Source: Octopus vulgaris
Lineage: Eukaryota
DNA length: 64,000 nt
Assembly (NCBI GenBank): GCA_951406725.2
Contig: OX597817.1
Coordinates: 44,764,001 to 44,828,000 of the forward strand
Direction: 5' to 3'
Below, piece after piece: positions 27,378 through 41,490 of this stretch (the stretch's first letter is position 1; each line of letters starts with the position of its first letter). The position numbers and the translations under genes were made by a program. The notes under the pieces are model-generated. The model made no database searches. It saw nothing but the letters and a program-made list of their open reading frames with translations, and was not told the DNA's origin.

Positions 27378-28374
27378 TATGCGTGCATATGTATGGCATA
27401 TAGATTACTACTTTTCTTTCAGACAAGTTAGCGTTGAGACAGTCGTGTCAACTTCCTTTTATTAAAGACGCTTCTAGTCTGGTGCAATGCCATTCCTAAA
27501 TTACGCATTCCAAACTGTTCTCAAAATTATAATCTAGAGCATTATTACTGCCGTCTATTATAGAAAGCAACAGAGAGTAGGAAAATGATTACAATTGAAA
27601 TCAACGTAAAGTTAAGTCGCTACAAATCTCTTAATTTATGTCATATTTACCGCGTCTGCATTTTGATTTCAGTGTTCATACAGCTATTAATTAGGCCCCA
27701 GAAGATATATCTAGGTATCTAGTTATATCTGGATTTCTAGATTGTTTGATGGTGCTATAAAGTAACATTGTATTCTGGCTAGTTATATATTATGTAGTAC
27801 TTGATAACATAATCGATTCGCTGCTTGCAGGCGCTTGGTTAATCGACAAGAAATCTTATACTGGTTTGCCCGTTCTAAGTTTCACAGACATAATATTGAT
27901 ACCGGCATTAACCAAAGCCTTTTTTTTTAGAATTCCTTACTACTCAAGGTATATTGCTTCAATATACAATCGGTAGCTTCTTATTCAGATGGTGATGTCG
28001 AAATATTTTCGATAATCTTATAGACTTAGGAAGGTTATGACAGAAACTTTAACATCAAACAATATAAAAATATATAGAGTTCTTCATAAAAATATAAAAA
28101 CCAAGCATAATTATAGCTTCTACACTCATATATGCATATGAGCGTGTATGTGCATATATATATATATATATATTTATATTATATAGTGGGTACTATTATT
28201 CAGAGGTACCGCACGCTAGGAAGGACTTTTGCAGTCAAAACTACTCAAATAAACAAATTGTACCGAAAGCAAAACTTCAAAGCAAGTCATTTAAAAACAG
28301 AATTTGGTTACATATCACCTGTGATTTCGCAATCAATGCAGAATATGCATTCTATGCTCTTCAGTGCAACGAAC

Positions 28375-28535
28375 TCTGAGTTCAAATTCCGAGTTCTGAG
28401 TTCAAATTCCGTCAAGGTCGATTTTACCTTTCATTCTTACGGGGTCGATAAATTAAGTACCATTTAAGCACTGGGAGCGATGTTATTGATTTACCCCTCC
28501 CCCAACTTGCGGGCCTTGTGCCAAAGTTTGAAACC
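28375..28535 (+). mobile_element. SINE family A fragment
   Basis: Duplicated TCTGAGTTCAAATTCCG followed by core and tail. Confidence 0.7.
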
Positions 28536-28538
28536 AAA

Positions 28539-28572
<34 letters not shown>

Positions 28573-28739
28573 AACGTAGTTGTATGCTGTCAACCTAATG
28601 TGACAGTCCCATGAGAGGGAATAATACTACTGCTATTTAGCCCTAGGAAGCAGCACCTATTCCCGCCGTCAGTGAAACATTTCCTGTGTCCTTATGTTTA
28701 CAAGGGGGAGATAAGCACCCCCACCAACCGAAGCCAAAA

Positions 28740-28782
28740 TCCAGAGACTAGTTTCTGCGTCATTGCTCGTCTTCAGTCTGGA
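28740..28782 (-). ncRNA. type I hammerhead ribozyme motif, C3:G8, eroded helix II
   Basis: UCCAGA-CUGAAGA-CGAGCAAUGACGCA-GAAAC-UA-GUC-UCUGGA. Helix I is 6 bp perfect, palindromic ACUAGU. Confidence 0.7.
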
Positions 28783-29149
28783 GTAGCATACCTTGCTAGT
28801 TGGAGATGCCTATCTAGCCCTTGTAAACATAACAATTCTAATGAAATACATTCACTGATTTCAAAAATAAAAATAATACATTTCTAAAACCTCTCATTTC
28901 TAAATCATCTTGCATCGCATCGCTCCCTCTCGGGTGGGATAAAGTACAACTGGGTGTGGTGCATCCCTCTTTGTGGATGTGTCTCGTGAGGGTCTTTTAC
29001 GATATGACCGTAGGTATATTCCATTTTCAGTCTCTATCATTTGTCATACACTCGATGAATACTGAAGGATTTCTGAGGTCTATCCAGCGACAATTCTAAA
29101 AAATACTGTGGATGACGTTAGATAGCCATGGGCAGAGAAAGTGCTTCAT

Positions 29150-29236
29150 ATACACACATACACACACACACACGCACAGAGAGAGAGAGAGAGGGAGAGA
29201 GAGAGAGAAATAGAGAGAGAGAGAGAGAGAGAGAGG

Positions 29237-29273
<37 letters not shown>

Positions 29274-29292
29274 TTCTCTATATATATATATA
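29150..29292. repeat. (CA)n(GA)n(TA)n compound microsatellite
   Basis: Direct reading. Confidence 0.9.
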
Positions 29293-31006
29293 AATTTCTG
29301 TACATATAGAAATGATTCCCTATATGAATTTGCTCTTCAGATTGGATGCTCCGATGAATCTATAAAATACTGCACCACACTCAGCTCTGATTGTAATGCG
29401 GCTCATAGCACAAACAGCTGTTAGCTAATGAAGTACTTCGCATAATATTCTCTTCCTTTATCATTCATTCAATTTCACATTACGCTCTGTACTCAACTAT
29501 TTCATTATTCTGAACCATATGTATATTGTGATCTAACGCCAGGTTAATACTATCGCTATACCTAAGCGAAACATTAATATGTGTGCATCGTGTGTGTGCA
29601 TCGGTATATCTTTATGCTTTCGTACAACAAGAAACGTACCCAAACTCGCGTGCATATATATAGGATAATACAATCCGAAACAAACACAATAAAGTCACTT
29701 TATTTAGAAAAGAAATAAAACCAATCATTAAGCGTAAGGATAACTCGCATCGACCATGGAACAACACCAACGTTGTCAGAATGGCTCTACTGGACTATAG
29801 TAAAAGATTAATCACACAAGAGCAAACAGGCTAAGATACATCACATCCTCACGGAATTCTAAGCAAGCGAATAATTTCTAATGCATTGAAATCTATCTAA
29901 CGGTCGAATAATATTTTTTCATGCCCGAAAGGTTTAGAAGTATTGTTCTATTTGGAGTCGGTCAACGGAACTAGAACGTTAAGTTATCTATTTTACTACT
30001 AAATCTAGTTGGCCTTAACATAGCTTATAACACACACTCAGACACACACACACAGACACACACACACAAACACACATACTGAAATATACACACAAACACA
30101 CATCCAACTATATATTATTAGGTATGTATGTATAGATATGAATTTGCGAGTTAAGAGTGCACACAACACATAAATACACTCACACACAAACACACACACA
30201 AAGGTAGACAAGCAAACATTCTTATATAGGGATATTTGTTTGTATTACATATATGTGTGTGTGTGTGAGTGTGTATGTGCAAGTGTGTGTGTATGTGAGT
30301 GAGTGAATGATTGAGTGTGCGTGTGCGTGTGTGTGTGTGCGTGTATCTTCAAGTCAGCAGTATATATATATATCGTTGTTGACAGTAAATAAAAGAACAA
30401 GACAATGGGATGTTGAATGAATACTGAAAAAGGCAATGAAGAAAGGAAATAGAAAATTTGAAATGGTTGAAGAGATTTATAGAAAAAAACAAAACAAAAA
30501 CGGAACGAAAGAATGAACAAAATAGTGGGAGTAAGAAGGGGCGATAATTAAGTGATGTTGCAGGGAAGCGAAAAGTGTGAAAGAGTGTGTTCTGTGAATC
30601 ATTTCTTGTTGAGGTAAATGTTGTGGTAAGAATCAAGTAGGCGTAAGATCGACGCTGTAGACAATGAACAAGAACTGAAATAGCAAAGGAAATCAGGCGA
30701 AAGATAAAGTATAATTGCTGAGAGGATCTATGATCATAGCCTGTATATTTAATTTCTTAATAGATTCAAAACAATGATAGAATACATAATAAAATCTGTA
30801 CTTTTATAATTTGTTATTATTTATGTAATCATTTTTCATAAATGAAATTTCTCTGGAAATACGAGTAAGAACTACTTTTTAGTAATCGCTGAAAGAAAGG
30901 TGAAAGTAGAATAAAAATCTTGGAATAAGATTGATTCTACATAAAACTAGTGATTTAGGGAAAATACACTTTATTTAGAGTTAATATTTTTCTTACCGGT
31001 ATTAAC

Positions 31007-31183
31007 GTGAAGTTGTTACCAGAAGTTGATACCAGAGGGCGTACACTCTTCTACCCTGATGTAATCTCTAGGGATACAGGCATCCAACAACAGGACCTCC
31101 GTAATGCTATGATGGACCGTGAAGTCTGGCGTAGCATAGTAAATTCCATTTCTCGAACAGGGTCGAACAATGATGATGATGAA
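31007..31183 (+). mobile_element. 3' end of RTE-type LINE
   Basis: RGRTLFYPDVISRDTG...DLRNAMMDREVWRSIV, a typical RTE C-terminus, followed by a (TGA)n tail. Confidence 0.7.
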
Positions 31184-31191
31184 GTTGTTGC

Positions 31192-31563
31192 TTATTTGTT
31201 TGTTTGTTTGTTGAGCGAAGCGGTCTTCGTGGGAGAAATTCGAAACGTGGTCCTTTGCTGTTCGTAAGACCCGCAGAAGAGAAAACAGGTCAACCCGCGA
31301 AACCGAGAACATCGACGGATGGATGAATGTACATCCAGGCTCAGCGGTTGCGTAGGAAGTCGGGGACAAGAAACAGGAAGAAAGAGTGAGAGAAAGTTGG
31401 AGCGAAAGAGTACAACAGGGGTCGCCATCACCCCCTGCCGGACCCTCGTGGAGCTTTAGGTGCTTTCGCCCAATAAACACACGCAGCGCCCGGTCTGGGA
31501 ATCGAAGCTGCAATCCTCCGACCGCGAGTCCGCTGCCCTAGCCACTGGGCCATTGCGCCTCCA
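31192..31563 (-). mobile_element. SINE family C with tail type 2
   Basis: Family C head and body, distinct tail ending in (CAAA)n. Confidence 0.85.
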
Positions 31564-31885
31564 CTGAAGTTGTTGCTGAACCAATTGAATTCTTCATCTT
31601 CGTATGAACAGTGTTTGCTGAAGACGTACGGATGTATCATTCATTTGCAGACTTAACGAATCAACATCTTCAATGTACAATGTTCTACTGAACTGAACAT
31701 ATTGCACTATTTATTTACAGATGTTTGCTTCGTATTTGCAAATCCCTCTCGCATCAACTATAATTTTCATCATCAGGGCTTCATGGAGTTGATACCAGTC
31801 AAGTGCTATAACATTCATCTGAGCGTATGAATTACTACAAGACGTTGCCTTTAGTTTGAAATGAAACTAATATATTTGAAAGTAA

Positions 31886-32275
31886 TCTATATATATAAAG
31901 CTGAAGTTGTCTGTGTGAGGCAGGTTTGACTGCCTTCAACTAACACTATCTCCTCCGAGACTCTGCAGCGCAAGTTGACCAAAATTGAGAGTATGATAGA
32001 AGAAGGCTTGCTCTTCCTTCCGTAGAAGATAAAATTCAAATCGGACTATGTTAAGACCATAAATTATTTACATCAAAAAGGTGCTTATTTTCTATGAACA
32101 TCCTTATATTTTATCATTTTTTGACTGCTGTGTCGCCATTTCTCGGTGTATTTCAACCGGAAAAATGTTCCCTTAAAGAGAATAACAAGCTACATAATGC
32201 AACATGTTAAATTTTCAAAAATTCTAATTCTAAAGTGTCGAAACAAACCCGAGCAATGCCGGGCGATACTGCTAG
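31886..32275 (+). mobile_element. non-autonomous Helitron
   Basis: 5' TC (A|TCTATATATATAAA), 3' CTAG|T, subterminal hairpin CCCGAGCAATGCCGGG at 32248-32263, inserted between A and T. Confidence 0.82.
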
Positions 32276-32849
32276 TTATGGAATAAAACGGAAAAGTAAG
32301 AATTCACCTCTCATTATGAATTCATGGTTTCCATTAGCCAACAAAGTTCTTAAGACCAAAGCAAGTTGCCCATTGCATAAGTACTTTAGGTATATACTTT
32401 GTCGTAGCACTTTGATACTGACAAACGAAAATCAACGATGGTAAACCGTTTAAATAAGAGTTTTTGTATATTTCTGTTTCAGAAATAAAACCTTAATTAC
32501 ATTGACCTTCTTTAATTTTGACAGTGAGTATTCAAGTAGTTTGATGAATTTAGATACATGTTCAGAAACTACAATGTATTTAGATGAGAGCTGCATTGAG
32601 TTATCCTTTCAGTAAACTCCTGTAGCAGTATGAACGTGACACAGAATGTAGCAATGCTTAATTTGAGAGGTACGATAGACCATCGGGTGTTTCCATCCAA
32701 TTTCACTCACAAATTTTAAGCCGATCTGAAGTCATTAAAAAAGATACTTGCTCTAGATTGGAGACTCTTTAACTCAGTGGGTCCATGCAAATTTGAATTT
32801 GTACGGCTTGTTCATTGTTTATAACCATGTGATCATCGAGCTCCCTTAT

Positions 32850-33267
32850 ATTTTTCTTTATTGCCCACAAGGGGCTAAACATAGAGTGGACAAACAAGGA
32901 CAGACAAACGGATTAAGTCGATTACATCAACTCCAGTGCGTAACTGGTACTTTATCTATCGACCCCGAAAGGATGAAATGCGAAGTCGACCCCGGCGGAA
33001 TTTGAACTCAGAACGTAACGACAGACGAAATACTTATTTCTTTCCTACCCACAAGGGGCTAAACACAGAGGGGACAAACAAGGACAGACAAAGGTATTAT
33101 GTCGATTACATCGACCCCCAGTGCGTAACAGGAACTTAATTCATCGACCCTGAAAGGATGAACGGCAAAGTCGACCTCGGCGGAATTTGAACTCAGAACG
33201 TAACGGTAGACGAAATACCGCTAAGCATTTCGCCCGGCGCGTTAACATTTCTGCCAGCTCGCCGCCT
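32850..33267 (-). mobile_element. SINE family A, dimer
   Basis: Reverse complement of the dimeric consensus. Confidence 0.88.
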
Positions 33268-33319
33268 ATTTCGAGCTCCCTTATATGCTGCAGCCAGTCT
33301 TTGGAACGCTCCCCTTGAC

Positions 33320-34135
33320 GTTCTTGCAGTTAGTCGTCGGCATTGGTCTCTAATATATGTCACGTGTAGCAGGTTTGCACTGTTGTTATCTGTCCAGTCA
33401 TTAATTGTTTCGAACCAAGATTTTCTCTTTCTCCTTTTCGACTTCCATCAACTGTATTGTGAAGAATAGCTTTGGACAGCATACTTAACCATACGATGTA
33501 AGCTCTTGTCTTGTTACCTCCTCAAGTAGATATTCCTATCTGTCACCATATTTGTTGACTGGTTGCCTGGTAAAGGCTTTCATTTTGTGCTCTGTGTAAG
33601 AGATGCGTAGCAGCCTTCTGAATGCTTGGCTTCTTCGCTCTGTTAGGTGTAATAGTCCAGTCCTCACATCCACACAGAAATATTGAACTCACCAGAGATT
33701 TGTCTATTCTGTGTCTTGCGAAAAATCTAATAGAATTGCTTATCCATATGGTGTTCAGCTTCATCATGGCAGCAGGAGGAGCTAAATTGAACCTAGTTAT
33801 CTCTTTTCGACGTTGTCGACTTCGTCAAGTCTACCGCCATTTAACTTAATGTTGGTCGCTTGTTTTGGCTGCAATTGTTAATCAGGATCTTGCTCTTTTC
33901 TGGGATGATCTCCATCCCGTATATTCCTGATAGTTTTTCCTGTCTGGTGGTGAGTTCCTTTTTCTTCCTTAGTTTCCTGTCACTGCTTCGTAGCAGCTCA
34001 ATATAATTAACAAAGCGCATTTCTTCTCTAGACAATTATAACCTACAAGCTTCCCATAGATGAGTGTAGAATCTCCAGTTATGAACAATATATAATATAT
34101 AATATCCTGTGGCAATATTATTTTCATGAATTTTA
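33320..34135 (-). mobile_element. degenerate RTE-type LINE RT fragment
   Basis: YGMEIIPEKSKIL and KSLVSSIFLCGCEDWTI (RTE LYGCESWT motif). Confidence 0.7.
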
Positions 34136-35737
34136 AATTTGCTATACTGTATTAATTCATTCCGACGTTCATTTATTTTAGAACTTGCCTGTCCCACGAC
34201 ATACATCTATGTAAGTCCCTATTTAACTTTTCCCAGTACTTTTGTGTATCTTCGAAGATTTGTGGCTAAGGTACAAAACATCATCGTCGTTAAAATCCTC
34301 CTCCTCTTCCTCCTCCTCCTCCTCCTCCTCATCATCATCATTGGGTTTTCTTCCATTTGTTGTTGAGTACCTGCCTGGAACCTAGGACAGTTTTCCTATT
34401 GTTTCCTCTTGTTCAGTTTCCTATTGCTTCGCTCCCACACGGGGGCTAGTCCGGCGACTGTAACTATGCTCTGGTCTTATAGTATCAAACTCCATAGTTC
34501 TCCTGTCCGGCTTCCTTTTGTCATTTTTGTGACAGCGGCTTCGAAACAGTCTCAGCAGTTTCTTGTGCTTTCCCGCCTAAAGTGTCCAATGCATTTAACT
34601 TACAGTTTATAATGTAGAAGCTATAGTTTATAAATGGGACGGACAATTCATTTTATATCTAATACCTTATTTCTAACATTAATTTCAGTTTTTATTAGTT
34701 TGACTCTACTATAAAACTCTTGTATAATATCTCCTTCACTGTATGATGTATGTGAACAGTTTCGCCTACATCTGGATATTTTTATGGTTGGCACTGTTAT
34801 AATGATCTAATTTCTGTGTCTCTATATAATTTCATATTCTCATTTATAGTTAACTTTCTCCTTTTATAGGGCCTTTGGGGCATATGTCTAATCCCAGACA
34901 CATTTTATGTTCTGGTTGAATTTATGAACAATTTTTATTAGGTCATCAACTAGGTATTATACCTTGTAAATGCTATTACTACACCCAGATGAGATAGTTT
35001 CTAGCTTATCTATAGCATCTAAGCATGGGTTGTTTTATTCAATAGATTTGATAATGTGATCAGAGAGACGTTTCTGTCTTGAAGATTCCTGTTCGTATTA
35101 GTATAGGACTGGATTTGATGATTCTATCTTTGCTTTGCAGTGATATTCTTGCTTTGTATTTTGTTTTGTTATGGGTGATGCACTCTGTAAGCTTCTTCGC
35201 TGCTATGTAATTCAGAAAGTGTCTAGAATACAAAAGTGAGGAATACTAGTCAGACAAGGCCATGTTTGATGACATCATTTTAATGTTTTCGATAAAGGGC
35301 CACGTATCGGGTGTGTAGCCCTGAACTCGCCGATGTTTCTATTTCGGAATATTAACGCTGGTCCTTTCTCGAACAACAATAAAAGTGTTGTCTCCTCAGC
35401 TGGTCAATGAATATCCTTCCTACTTAATTCTGAGATCTAGTTATATGCTACAAATAAGCTGTAGGTACCTTCCTAATTTTGGAGCTTTCCAGTTGATCGA
35501 ATTTCTTAAGGAGTTGTTGAGTTCATTACTGGCCATATTCAGTCATATTTGCGCTGCTACTATATATTTTAACTCCTTGTCTGATTGATCTTTTGCGCCT
35601 TATTTCGTTGTGCTGAATAATTTGTTCCTATATTCTCACACAATATACCTCATGTTCCGTTGATGTTAGAAGGTTTTGCGGCGTTATGTATTATATTAAT
35701 TCACAAAATATTATTATTAGAGAAATGAATTTGACTC

Positions 35738-36152
35738 TCTCTCTTTCTCTTTACTTGTTTCAGTCACTTGACTGAGGCCATGCCGGAGCATCGCCTTTAG
35801 TTGAGCAAATCGACCCCCAGGACTTACTTTTTGTAAGCCTAGTACTTATTCTATCGCTTTATATTGCCAAACTGCTAAGTTACGGGAAGTAAACACACCA
35901 CCAGCGGTTGTCAAGCGATGTTGGGGGTACAAATACAGATGCACAAACATACACATACATACATAGATACATATATACATATATACATATATACGACGGG
36001 CTTCTTACAGTTTCTGTCTACCAAATCCACTCATAAGGCTTTGGTCAGCCCGAGGCTATAGTAGAAGACACTTGCCTGAGGTGCCACGCAGTAGAAATGA
36101 ACTCGTAACCATGTGGTTGGTAAGCAAGCTACTTACCACACAGCCACTCCTA
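35738..36152 (-). mobile_element. SINE family B, full length
   Basis: Reverse complement of 52266-52670. Confidence 0.88.
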
Positions 36153-36164
36153 TCACCAATCGGT

Positions 36165-37100
36165 TGTGGGTCCGTCTTTGGAAGTCGGATTGTTAAATTG
36201 TACTTTGACGTGATTCATGGTTACACTCGATCCTTCAAAGGTTTCCTTGTCACTTCTCTCCTGTATGTTTTCGTTTTGGAGCGACTGCCGCAGTGACAAT
36301 GTAGAAAGACCTCCCCGTCATAGACTCAGACAGGTCGGATGAAAAAGTGAGGGATCCGATAAACGAACAGCAGTAGAAATTTACCGAAGTACACGATGAT
36401 CAGAATGATTTTGTGGGGTTGCAGTTCAGCAGCTAGGTGGGCAAGTTCATACCGGGCTAGCATCGATTTTTGATCGCAGTTGGTTTTATATGGAACCATC
36501 TTAATTCTCTAGTTACCTGGATCTAGCGCTACTCCTTGGTAGATAAGAATTAGGAAGAAAATGTGTTTAGGGAAGGGTGGCAGCTTTACTCAGAAATGAG
36601 CCAATGAATTGTGGGCTTTGAGAGGTTGAGAAGAAACCGTAGTTATATACTAATGCAGATCATCCTAGTTATTCCAGAAAACAGTTAATCAAAAGGAAGT
36701 GTCTGCTCTTCCAGTTGATATAGAAGTGAGAGTTGCCCGCCGATCAAGAAATAAATCTGGAAATATCAATCACAACATAGTGGCGTTGCGATGCTTTAGC
36801 TTGCCTTACGTTGGTGCACTCTGAGGCTGACGGACTTGTAGAAATATACTGACCTTTGGGACGGTTACAACGACAACAAAGTCAAGGCAAAATAGTGTAG
36901 GCACTTTTCAAGCGACATCCCTTTCTGTATCTTATCCAATAGATCGAAGATTAATTGTAGATCAGGTGTAGCCCGATGTTAGATGTGTGACTTCTAGAAT
37001 GAGACCAAACATACCTATCAGCTGTACAGTTTCCTCTTCTAGGAAAAAATCTCGCGCATTATATAAAGATTCAGGGAAGAATACGGACGAAATGCTCTTT
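36165..37100 (-). mobile_element. possible highly degenerate Penelope-like C-terminal fragment
   Basis: Remnant VYDGEVFLHCHCGSR...KDRV resembles the GIY-YIG C-x-C region; heavily disrupted. Confidence 0.25.
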
Positions 37101-37228
37101 GTATGTCAAGTAGTTTCTACTGGATGATTTTCAAGTCTGTACTATAGCCAGTTGAAGAAGTTGGACATTACCCGTTGAGACAAAGCTATACAGGCAATGA
37201 AGTGTCAATCCCTGATACGTTGTGGACT

Positions 37229-37535
37229 GTGGAGGCACATGGCCTAGTGGTTAGAGCAGCGGATTCGCGGTCGAGGGATCGTGGGTTCGAATCTGAGACC
37301 AAGCGTTGTGTGTGTTTATGAGCAAAACACCTAAGCTCCACGCGGCTCCGGCAGAAGGTAATGGCAAATTTCTGCTGACTCTTTCGCCACAACTTTCTCT
37401 CACTCTTTCTTCCTGCATCTTCAAGCTCACCCGCGACGGACCGGCGTCTCGTCCAGGTGGGAAACCTATACATCAAGGAAACCGGGAAACCGACCCTTAT
37501 GAGCCAGGCATAGCTCGAGAAGGAACAAACAAACA
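37229..37535 (+). mobile_element. SINE family C with tail type 3
   Basis: Family C-like head (GGTTCGAATC B-box); distinct tail ending GAAGGAACAAACAAAC. Confidence 0.82.
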
Positions 37536-38417
37536 TTGTTGACGTGTGAGTTTGTGCTGAACTTTTCCTGTCACTTTTGGAAGAAATCTGATTATCATTC
37601 TTTCCTTTATGAAAATAGACGTACCACATTCATTTGGCAAAGGTAGGCGAATACTTTGACTGGGTGATGTTTATGGCTAAAGGAGTTATATGGTTGATTA
37701 GTCTGAAATGTTTGAAGAGAGAACATTTCATCACTAGCCATTAACTCAGCTTAATTTAATTACCACCTGAAAAGGGATAGTGAGAATAGAGAAGACGTTG
37801 CCAAGGTTGCTGCGGTTTACGAAAACTGTGTTAGAGTGACATGATAGGAAATGTTGAACGAGCATACTCGAAATATGCATTTCTATGAGGAGCAAACCTG
37901 CCACATTTGATAGATTAGTGAAGGTGCAGTAATCTGTTTGTATCGAGGTCCCTAGAAGTACCGCGGAACTTTTTGAGGTGAAATATTTATCATTATCCTG
38001 TTTTTTTGTTGATCTTATTTTTATTCGATATAGACCACCAGGTTTTTTCGTTTTTATCTCGTCTGTGTATTTTCCGCAGAACCTTGGGTTCTGCTAACAA
38101 GTTAAATATAACCTCATCATCATTGCGGGCTGCAACAGAGCAGCATCAGCAGCATCAATACTGCCACCATAAACACCAGCACCAGCACCAGCACCACGAG
38201 CATCTTCATTGTTATAATATCATCATCATCATCGTCATAGTTGTCGGTGCGTTTTCAAATGTCATATAAGCCATTGCTTCCTTCTAAGTATGCCTGGATA
38301 TCTGAGTTTTGTCTTTACAGGTGTTGATTTGTGTTGATTTCTTATATGTTGTTCTTTGTTTCTGTTGTTACCTTATAGCTTCTCCTTTTTTTCACATGGC
38401 ATATAAACACTATAAAC

Positions 38418-38733
38418 AAGATCACCGTGATCACCGTGACCGACCAGGCTATCAGATGCTGCAACACATCGCTGGTCACAATGCGCTTTGCTTTGTTTTA
38501 GCCTTCAAATGACGCCACCTTGCTGGCTAAACGAGCAGACCAACAGAAGAAAGACTGAGAGAAAGTTGTGGTGAAAGAGTACAGCAGGGATCACCGCCAC
38601 CCCCTGCCGCAGCCTCGTGAATCTTAATGTGTTTTCGCTCAATAAAAACTCACAACGCCTCGGTCTGGGAATCGAAACCGCGATCCTACGACCGCGAGTC
38701 CGCTGCCCTAAACACTGGGCCATTGCGCCTCCA
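38418..38733 (-). mobile_element. SINE family C with tail type 1
   Basis: Matches 11719-12037. Confidence 0.85.
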
Positions 38734-39037
38734 CATAAACAATATACTGATACTGAATGATAGCTGAAATTTGATTTCGTATTTGTGCATACAGGGTCGG
38801 GGATTGCCTTCATTGCCTGTATAGCTTTGTGTCAATGAGTAATGCCCAACTACTTTAGCTGGCTGCAGTCCTGACTTGAAAATCATCCAGTGGAAACTGC
38901 TTCACATACTATGTATTTTCATTAGTTAATTGTTTATTTAGATAATTGTTTCCTACGTGCGTGCCGTTTGAGCTCTGTTAAGTGTTTTAGTGCTCTGTAT
39001 ATACTGTGTGATTCCCTATATATTGTTGGGTAACAAA

Positions 39038-39265
39038 AGGCGGCGAGCTGGCAGAAACTTTAGGACGCCGAGCGAAATGCGTAGCCGTATTTCGTCTGCC
39101 GTTACGTTCTGCGTTCAAATTCCGCCGAAGTTGACTTTGCCGTTCATCCTTTCGGGATCGATCAATTAAGTACCAGTTACGCACTGGGGTCGATAAAATC
39201 GACTTAATTCGTTTGTCTGTCCTTGTTTGCCCTCCCTGTGTTTAGCCCCTTGTGGTTAGTAAAGA
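39038..39265 (+). mobile_element. SINE family A monomer
   Basis: Consensus match; flanked by a direct repeat TATATTGTTGGGTAACAA (39019-39036 and ~39272-39289), a likely target-site duplication. Confidence 0.88.
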
Positions 39266-39562
39266 TATACATATATTGTTGGGTAACAAGTGCATATGTT
39301 ATAAGTTTTGTAGTTTTGTGTATTGAATAATATTAGTGGGTTATCAATAGACAATAGATTGGCATAGCAGTGAATTGGCGTATTATCATGCATTATCAGA
39401 TTCAGCACTTTATGCATGAAATTCAAATCCCGATGGATTCTACTACGTCTTTCATCATTTTAAGGTCGAAATATACAGTACCTGTTAAATACTAGTCTCG
39501 ATTTACTCAACTCAACGCTTCTCCAGATATCCGTCCTTGTGCGAATGTTATAAATATTATCT

Positions 39563-39790
39563 AATTCTTTACTACCCACAAGGGGCTAAAGACAGAGGGG
39601 GCGAACAAGGACAGACAAATGGATTCAGTCGATTACATCGACACCAGTGCGTAACTGGTACTTAATTAATCGACTCCGAAAGTATGAAAGACAAAGTATA
39701 CTTCGGAGGAATTTGAACGCGGAACGTAGCGGAAGACGAAATACGGCTACGCATTTCACTCGGCGTGCTACCGTTTCCACCAGCTCACCG
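39563..39790 (-). mobile_element. SINE family A monomer
   Basis: Reverse complement of the consensus. Confidence 0.85.
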
Positions 39791-40588
39791 ACTCTGTTAT
39801 AAAAAATCATCGTCTGATGATTATGCAAGTAAGTTGTGTGTCATTCGCCTGCATGTTGATAACGTACAGTATAGACTCACTGAATGTTTGGTGCCGTGTA
39901 CGGTTCTACTTACAGAAATGAGCAATGCTTATATAAGAATAGTCGTTGCGTTAGTCACTTTAATGTTGAATTCCATTCCCAAAAGGGTTTATTGCAAATG
40001 TTTCGTATCATATTTCAGAAAGAATGTAGAAGAAAAGTAGATAATTTTAATTAAAAAGAAGCTAATCTTGCGCAGATGTGTATTACACACAATATATTTT
40101 CATATATAGTTCTTTCAAGCCAAGCATATGCTGCTTCTGAGATATTTGCGTAGACTGGAAACCTCCATGTTAAATTTTTATCGGAATTACTAATAGAGGC
40201 AAGAACTTATAAAATGAAATCCTATGGGGTCTTGAAGTTTCATAATCCATTTTACTTGTCTCTCAGTATAAAATCTTCTTTGTATTAATGATTTTATCCA
40301 GAAAACGATTTTTTTTGCACATGTGCTTGCAATGTAACTATAGTATTTTGTTTAAATATTTTATTCCTTAGAAGGATTACGAAACCTTGAAGAGCATTAT
40401 GCTTTCTATAATGCTCCATCTGAAAGGTTTCGTTGCTACCATCATACACATCCACTGGTCTGCACACGTTATGCTCGGAAGAAAATTGTAGTGTGTGCAC
40501 TGTGTTATTGAATTCAAAGTAGTCACTAGGCAATTTAGTGAACTGAGTGGAGACTACCGAGTACTTATATTTTATATATATCTTTTTT

Positions 40589-40985
40589 AAGGCGGTGAGC
40601 TGGCAGAAACGTTAGCACGCCGGGCGAAATGCGTAGCCGTATTTCGTCTGCTGCTACGTTCTGAGTTCAAAAACGCCGAGGTCGATTTGCCCTTCATACT
40701 TTCGGGGTCGATTAAATAAGTACCTGTTACGCACTGGGATCGATATAATCGACTTAATCCATTTGCCTGTCCTTGCTTGTCCTCTCTGTGTTTAGCCCTT
40801 TGTGGGTAGTAAGGAAATAGGTATTTCGTCTGCCGCTACGTTCTGAGTTCAAATTCCGCCGAGGTCGACTTTGCTTTTCATCATTCGGAGTCGATAAATT
40901 ACACACCAATTGCGTATTGGATCAGTCTAATCGCTTGGCAACCCCACTCCGCAAAATTTCCGGCCTTGTGCCTAGAGCAGAAAAG
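40589..40985 (+). mobile_element. SINE family A, dimer
   Basis: Same architecture as 1125-1499. Confidence 0.88.
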
Positions 40986-41087
40986 ATTATATACATACTT
41001 TTGTTTATTTAATCATCGTTATCCTAATTTGTTCTCCAACTATTATTTGTATTCTTACTTTTATAATCCGCATCGTATATTCTTTTA

Positions 41088-41289
41088 TTATTTTGTTTAA
41101 GTCATTTGACTGCGACCATGCTGGACCCACCGCCTTTAGTCGAGGAAATCGACCCCAAGACTTATTCGTTGTAAGCCTAGTTCTTATTCTATTGGCCCCC
41201 TTTGCCGAACCGCTAAGTTACGGGGACGTAAACACACCAGCATCAGTTGTCAAGCGATGTTGGGGAGACAAACGCATACAGAGAAACAA

Positions 41290-41331
<42 letters not shown>

Positions 41332-41490
41332 TCGACGGGCTTCTTTCAGTATCAGTATCAAATCCACTCACAAAGCTTGGGTCAGCCCGAGGCTATAGTA
41401 GAAGACACTTGCCCAAGGTGCCACACAGTTGGATTGAACGCGGAACCATGTGGTTGTTAAGCAATCTACTTACCACACAGTCACAACTGC
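41088..41490 (-). mobile_element. SINE family B, full length
   Basis: Consensus match with internal (CA)n(TA)n. Confidence 0.85.

Noticed and set aside
39850-40560. LRR-like peptide remnants on the minus strand (HLRKISF, LGLKELYM, FTKLPSDYF)
   Set aside because: Short, frame-broken and compatible with chance in AT-rich DNA; would need TBLASTN support
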